A stretch of 64,000 bases of DNA from Chrysomallon squamiferum (Eukaryota; Animalia; Mollusca): the NCBI GenBank assembly GCA_012295275.1, contig CM022668.1, positions 4,650,001 to 4,714,000 on the forward strand. Reading direction: 5' to 3'. Below, one piece after another: positions 47,553 to 64,000 of the stretch. Made by a program: the position numbers and the translations under genes. Below the pieces are notes generated by a model. That model was given only the letters and a program-made list of their open reading frames with translations. It searched no databases and had not been told where the DNA came from. Numbering within the stretch: position 1 is the stretch's first letter; every line of letters begins with the position of its first letter.

Positions 47553-47875
47553 AATAAATAAATAAATTAAAAAAAAAAAAAAAATACACAAAAACAAAAA
47601 CAACAACAATAATATCGATGTCCAAAGTAACGCATTATTTGTTTTCTGCGGTCCAGACTTAATAGTGAAGCATAACAACATAAAAATACAATTTCAAAAT
47701 GTGGGTGTGGCGTGTTTCTGTAGATATGGCGTCAGTCCACTAATGCGCGATGACGTCACAATTCCAGTGGAAAATTATAATATGGCGTTGTTCAAATGTT
47801 TTGTAACAGCAGCATTTTATTGTTATGCTTTGTAATATGTGAAGACAGCCTTCTCAAAACAATAAAATAATAACT

Positions 47876-47930
<55 letters not shown>

Positions 47931-48074
47931 TAAATAAAAAGCAGAAAAAACACACTAACACACAAATTCATACACCCATCCATTCCCACACAGGAATTTT
48001 AATTAATGAATGAATATTTGCTAATATCTCCACCGATTGTTATTAACGGTTATTAAATGACAACAGTGCATGTT

Positions 48075-48275
48075 CTAGTAACAGAACATCGCTCACGGTC
48101 TGGTAGGTCATCGGGTCGATCCCAGTTGTAACTGTTATGAAAGGTCGTGGTAGGTACTGTCCTCTCTGTGAGATTCTGCCTACAGAAGTTCCTAATCGGA
48201 AAGAGTGGTCCCAGATTACCTGAATCATCCGATGCCAAATAACATTAAAACAAATTTGCAGAGCGTCAGACAGTA
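48075..48275 (+). mobile_element. Degenerate tRNA-derived SINE (Meta-core-like, mollusc type)
   Basis: B-box-like GGGTCGATCCC, followed by AAAGGTCGTGGTAGGTACTGTCCTCTCTGTG, CTAATCGGAAAGAGTGG and GATGCCAAATAAC, which resemble gastropod SINE cores as I recall them. A more decayed core may lie at ~5695-5780 and a head fragment (-) at ~26638-26690. Confidence 0.5.
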
Positions 48276-49425
48276 TAACCTACGTAGAAAAAGATAGCTT
48301 ATGTATATACGAGAACTAAGGCCTGCAAAGAGCAATGCAGCAGTATCTTTCTGACGGTATCAGAGAGAAAAAAGATACGTCTTTAGGGCGAAAAAACCAC
48401 AGGAAATAACCATTTAACTTTACGTCATAGACGAGTCAGCTAGTCAGTTTTTGAAAGTAACAATATTACTTTAAGTCTTGGACATATTATTTTCTTAATA
48501 TTTATCCGAACATAGCATATACATAAATCTGCAAGAAAAACATCTATGTTAAATATGCGCAGACTTAATTTCTGTGTGCAATGAAATTTTTGCAGAATTC
48601 ACAGCGATTTATTTATTTATTTAATCACACTCACAAATACAATAAGCTTTTCGTGCTTAATGGTCATGCAATTGAAAGTCAAACGTAAAATACCATCCGA
48701 TTTTCTGGTTGGAAAAATAATGTTTTGGTCAAAAAGAATCACTTGATTTAAACAAAAATTAAATAAAACAGGAATGATCCTGCAGTTCTGCTTTCATTGG
48801 TTATTTGAGAATAGTTTAATGCTGAACCAATCATATTATTAATTTTACCAGTACTGTGATGTCTTAAGGCAAAAGTGTCTATTTTTATTCTATTTATTTG
48901 CGCATGTGTAATATGTAAACTTCCGCCATAAAATCACTTCAGCAAGTATATGCGTGTGAACGCAGTTTACACATCATTGATGTAACTACAGCACTTTAAC
49001 TTTTCAGAACTTTGTTTTCATTCTATGACTAGTATAATGAAGGAGAAAGATCAACGTCCAAAAATACAATAGCATATTCAAAATCCTGACGGCACGAACA
49101 CCACGAAAAGGAATTAAAAACTTTGTTTCAATTTGCAGTTACATAATTTATAAAACTTAAAAGGTTTGTAGATTTAGCATTAAACATATTCAACGAGCAA
49201 ATTTAAGTAAATTGGGAGTTAGAGGTGTTGTCATATCTTTGACAGAAAATATCGGAAGTTTTTTATTTATTTATTTATTTATTATTATTATTATTATTAT
49301 TTTTTTTTTTTTTTTGACGCTGCTATATGCAGTTCATACAAAATGCCAAACGTCACTTTTAAAGTGTTAATTTGTTTGCTTTTAAATTGCAACGCCATAC
49401 GTTGTGCCAGTCCCATCATTTTATT

Positions 49426-49457
<32 letters not shown>

Positions 49458-50160
49458 GGGAAGTAAGTAAGTGGCGATTATAACTAATAATGGACAAAAT
49501 AAACTGCAAGTATAAATAAATTGAAAAATCTACAATAAATAAATAAATAAAACATATTCCCATAGATAAAGGAATTGCAAAACAATAAGTATGTTGTTAG
49601 AAAATAGTCATTTTCTTTTTTGAATAATAAAGAAGACCAAGAGAACTGTATATATGTATTGTGTACACATATTGTTTCTATATATGAAAATGGAGATAGT
49701 GGTGGTTAATACAGATAAATGAAATAAGCTTAAATCATATCAAAAGCAATAAATAATATACTTGTATAATCAAAACATAATTAAATTTAAATAACAATAA
49801 AATAAGAATAATAAGTGAATAAATAAATACATAAATTAATAAATATAATTTAATAATTTAATTGATGATTAATGAATAATTAAACACAAATAATTAATCC
49901 TAATTAATCAAAAATTAAATTTATAATCAGTAATTAAATCATAAATGACATATGTATGTATATAAAATAAATAGATAGACAGACAGATAAATAGATAGAT
50001 TGTTTTTAAATTTATTTTAAAAAAAAACAAATTTGACCTCAGTAGCAACTTCAGTTTCACAGTAACATTCATTTATTTTACTCTGTTGTGTCTAGAGGAG
50101 TAATAGAAATTTAATAAACTTGTTAGTATTTACTTTTTTTTTACTTTTTCCTCTATAAAG

Positions 50161-63868
<13,708 letters not shown>

Positions 63869-64000
63869 GTAAGAATTACACTTTCACAACAAGTTCAAGT
63901 AAAGTTACCATGACAACACCACCATATTAGGTATTATTATTACCACCACCACCACTACTACAATTTCTATCATCACCAGAACACCACCATGATTACTACA

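Noticed and set aside
48075-48130. tRNA-like B-box
   Set aside because: No cloverleaf structure, and it is followed by a SINE-like core, so it is treated as a SINE remnant.
63904-63917. X-box-like GTTACCATGACAAC in a WD-gene intron
   Set aside because: It is far from any evident transcription start and is a single motif at the window edge, so function cannot be supported.

Overview
Eukaryotic, very AT-rich, microsatellite-dense animal DNA. It is most likely a mollusc, possibly a gastropod; this is inferred from SINE remnants and intron style and is not certain. Most ORFs in the supplied track are microsatellite artefacts, and the real genes are spliced. I reconstructed five genes by hand: guanylate kinase (+, 7 coding exons, plus a probable upstream exon adding a mitochondrial-type presequence), mitochondrial EF-Ts/TSFM (-, 5 coding exons), an intronless 5-finger C2H2 zinc-finger ORF head-to-head with TSFM, an orphan single-pass membrane protein, and a WDR87-like WD40 gene (+, 19 exons seen, running off the window). 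The left end holds adjacent pseudogenised fragments of TSFM and of a syntaxin-17-like gene. Three signals are the most unusual. (1) Tandem repeats are repeatedly seeded on exon-intron junctions, creating arrays of duplicate splice acceptors or donors in WDR87-like, GUK and TSFM. (2) Perfect CRE palindromes cluster around the orphan membrane-protein gene. (3) GUK appears to have two promoters (mitochondrial isoform versus an RFX X-box promoter). No tRNA, rRNA or CRISPR array was found.
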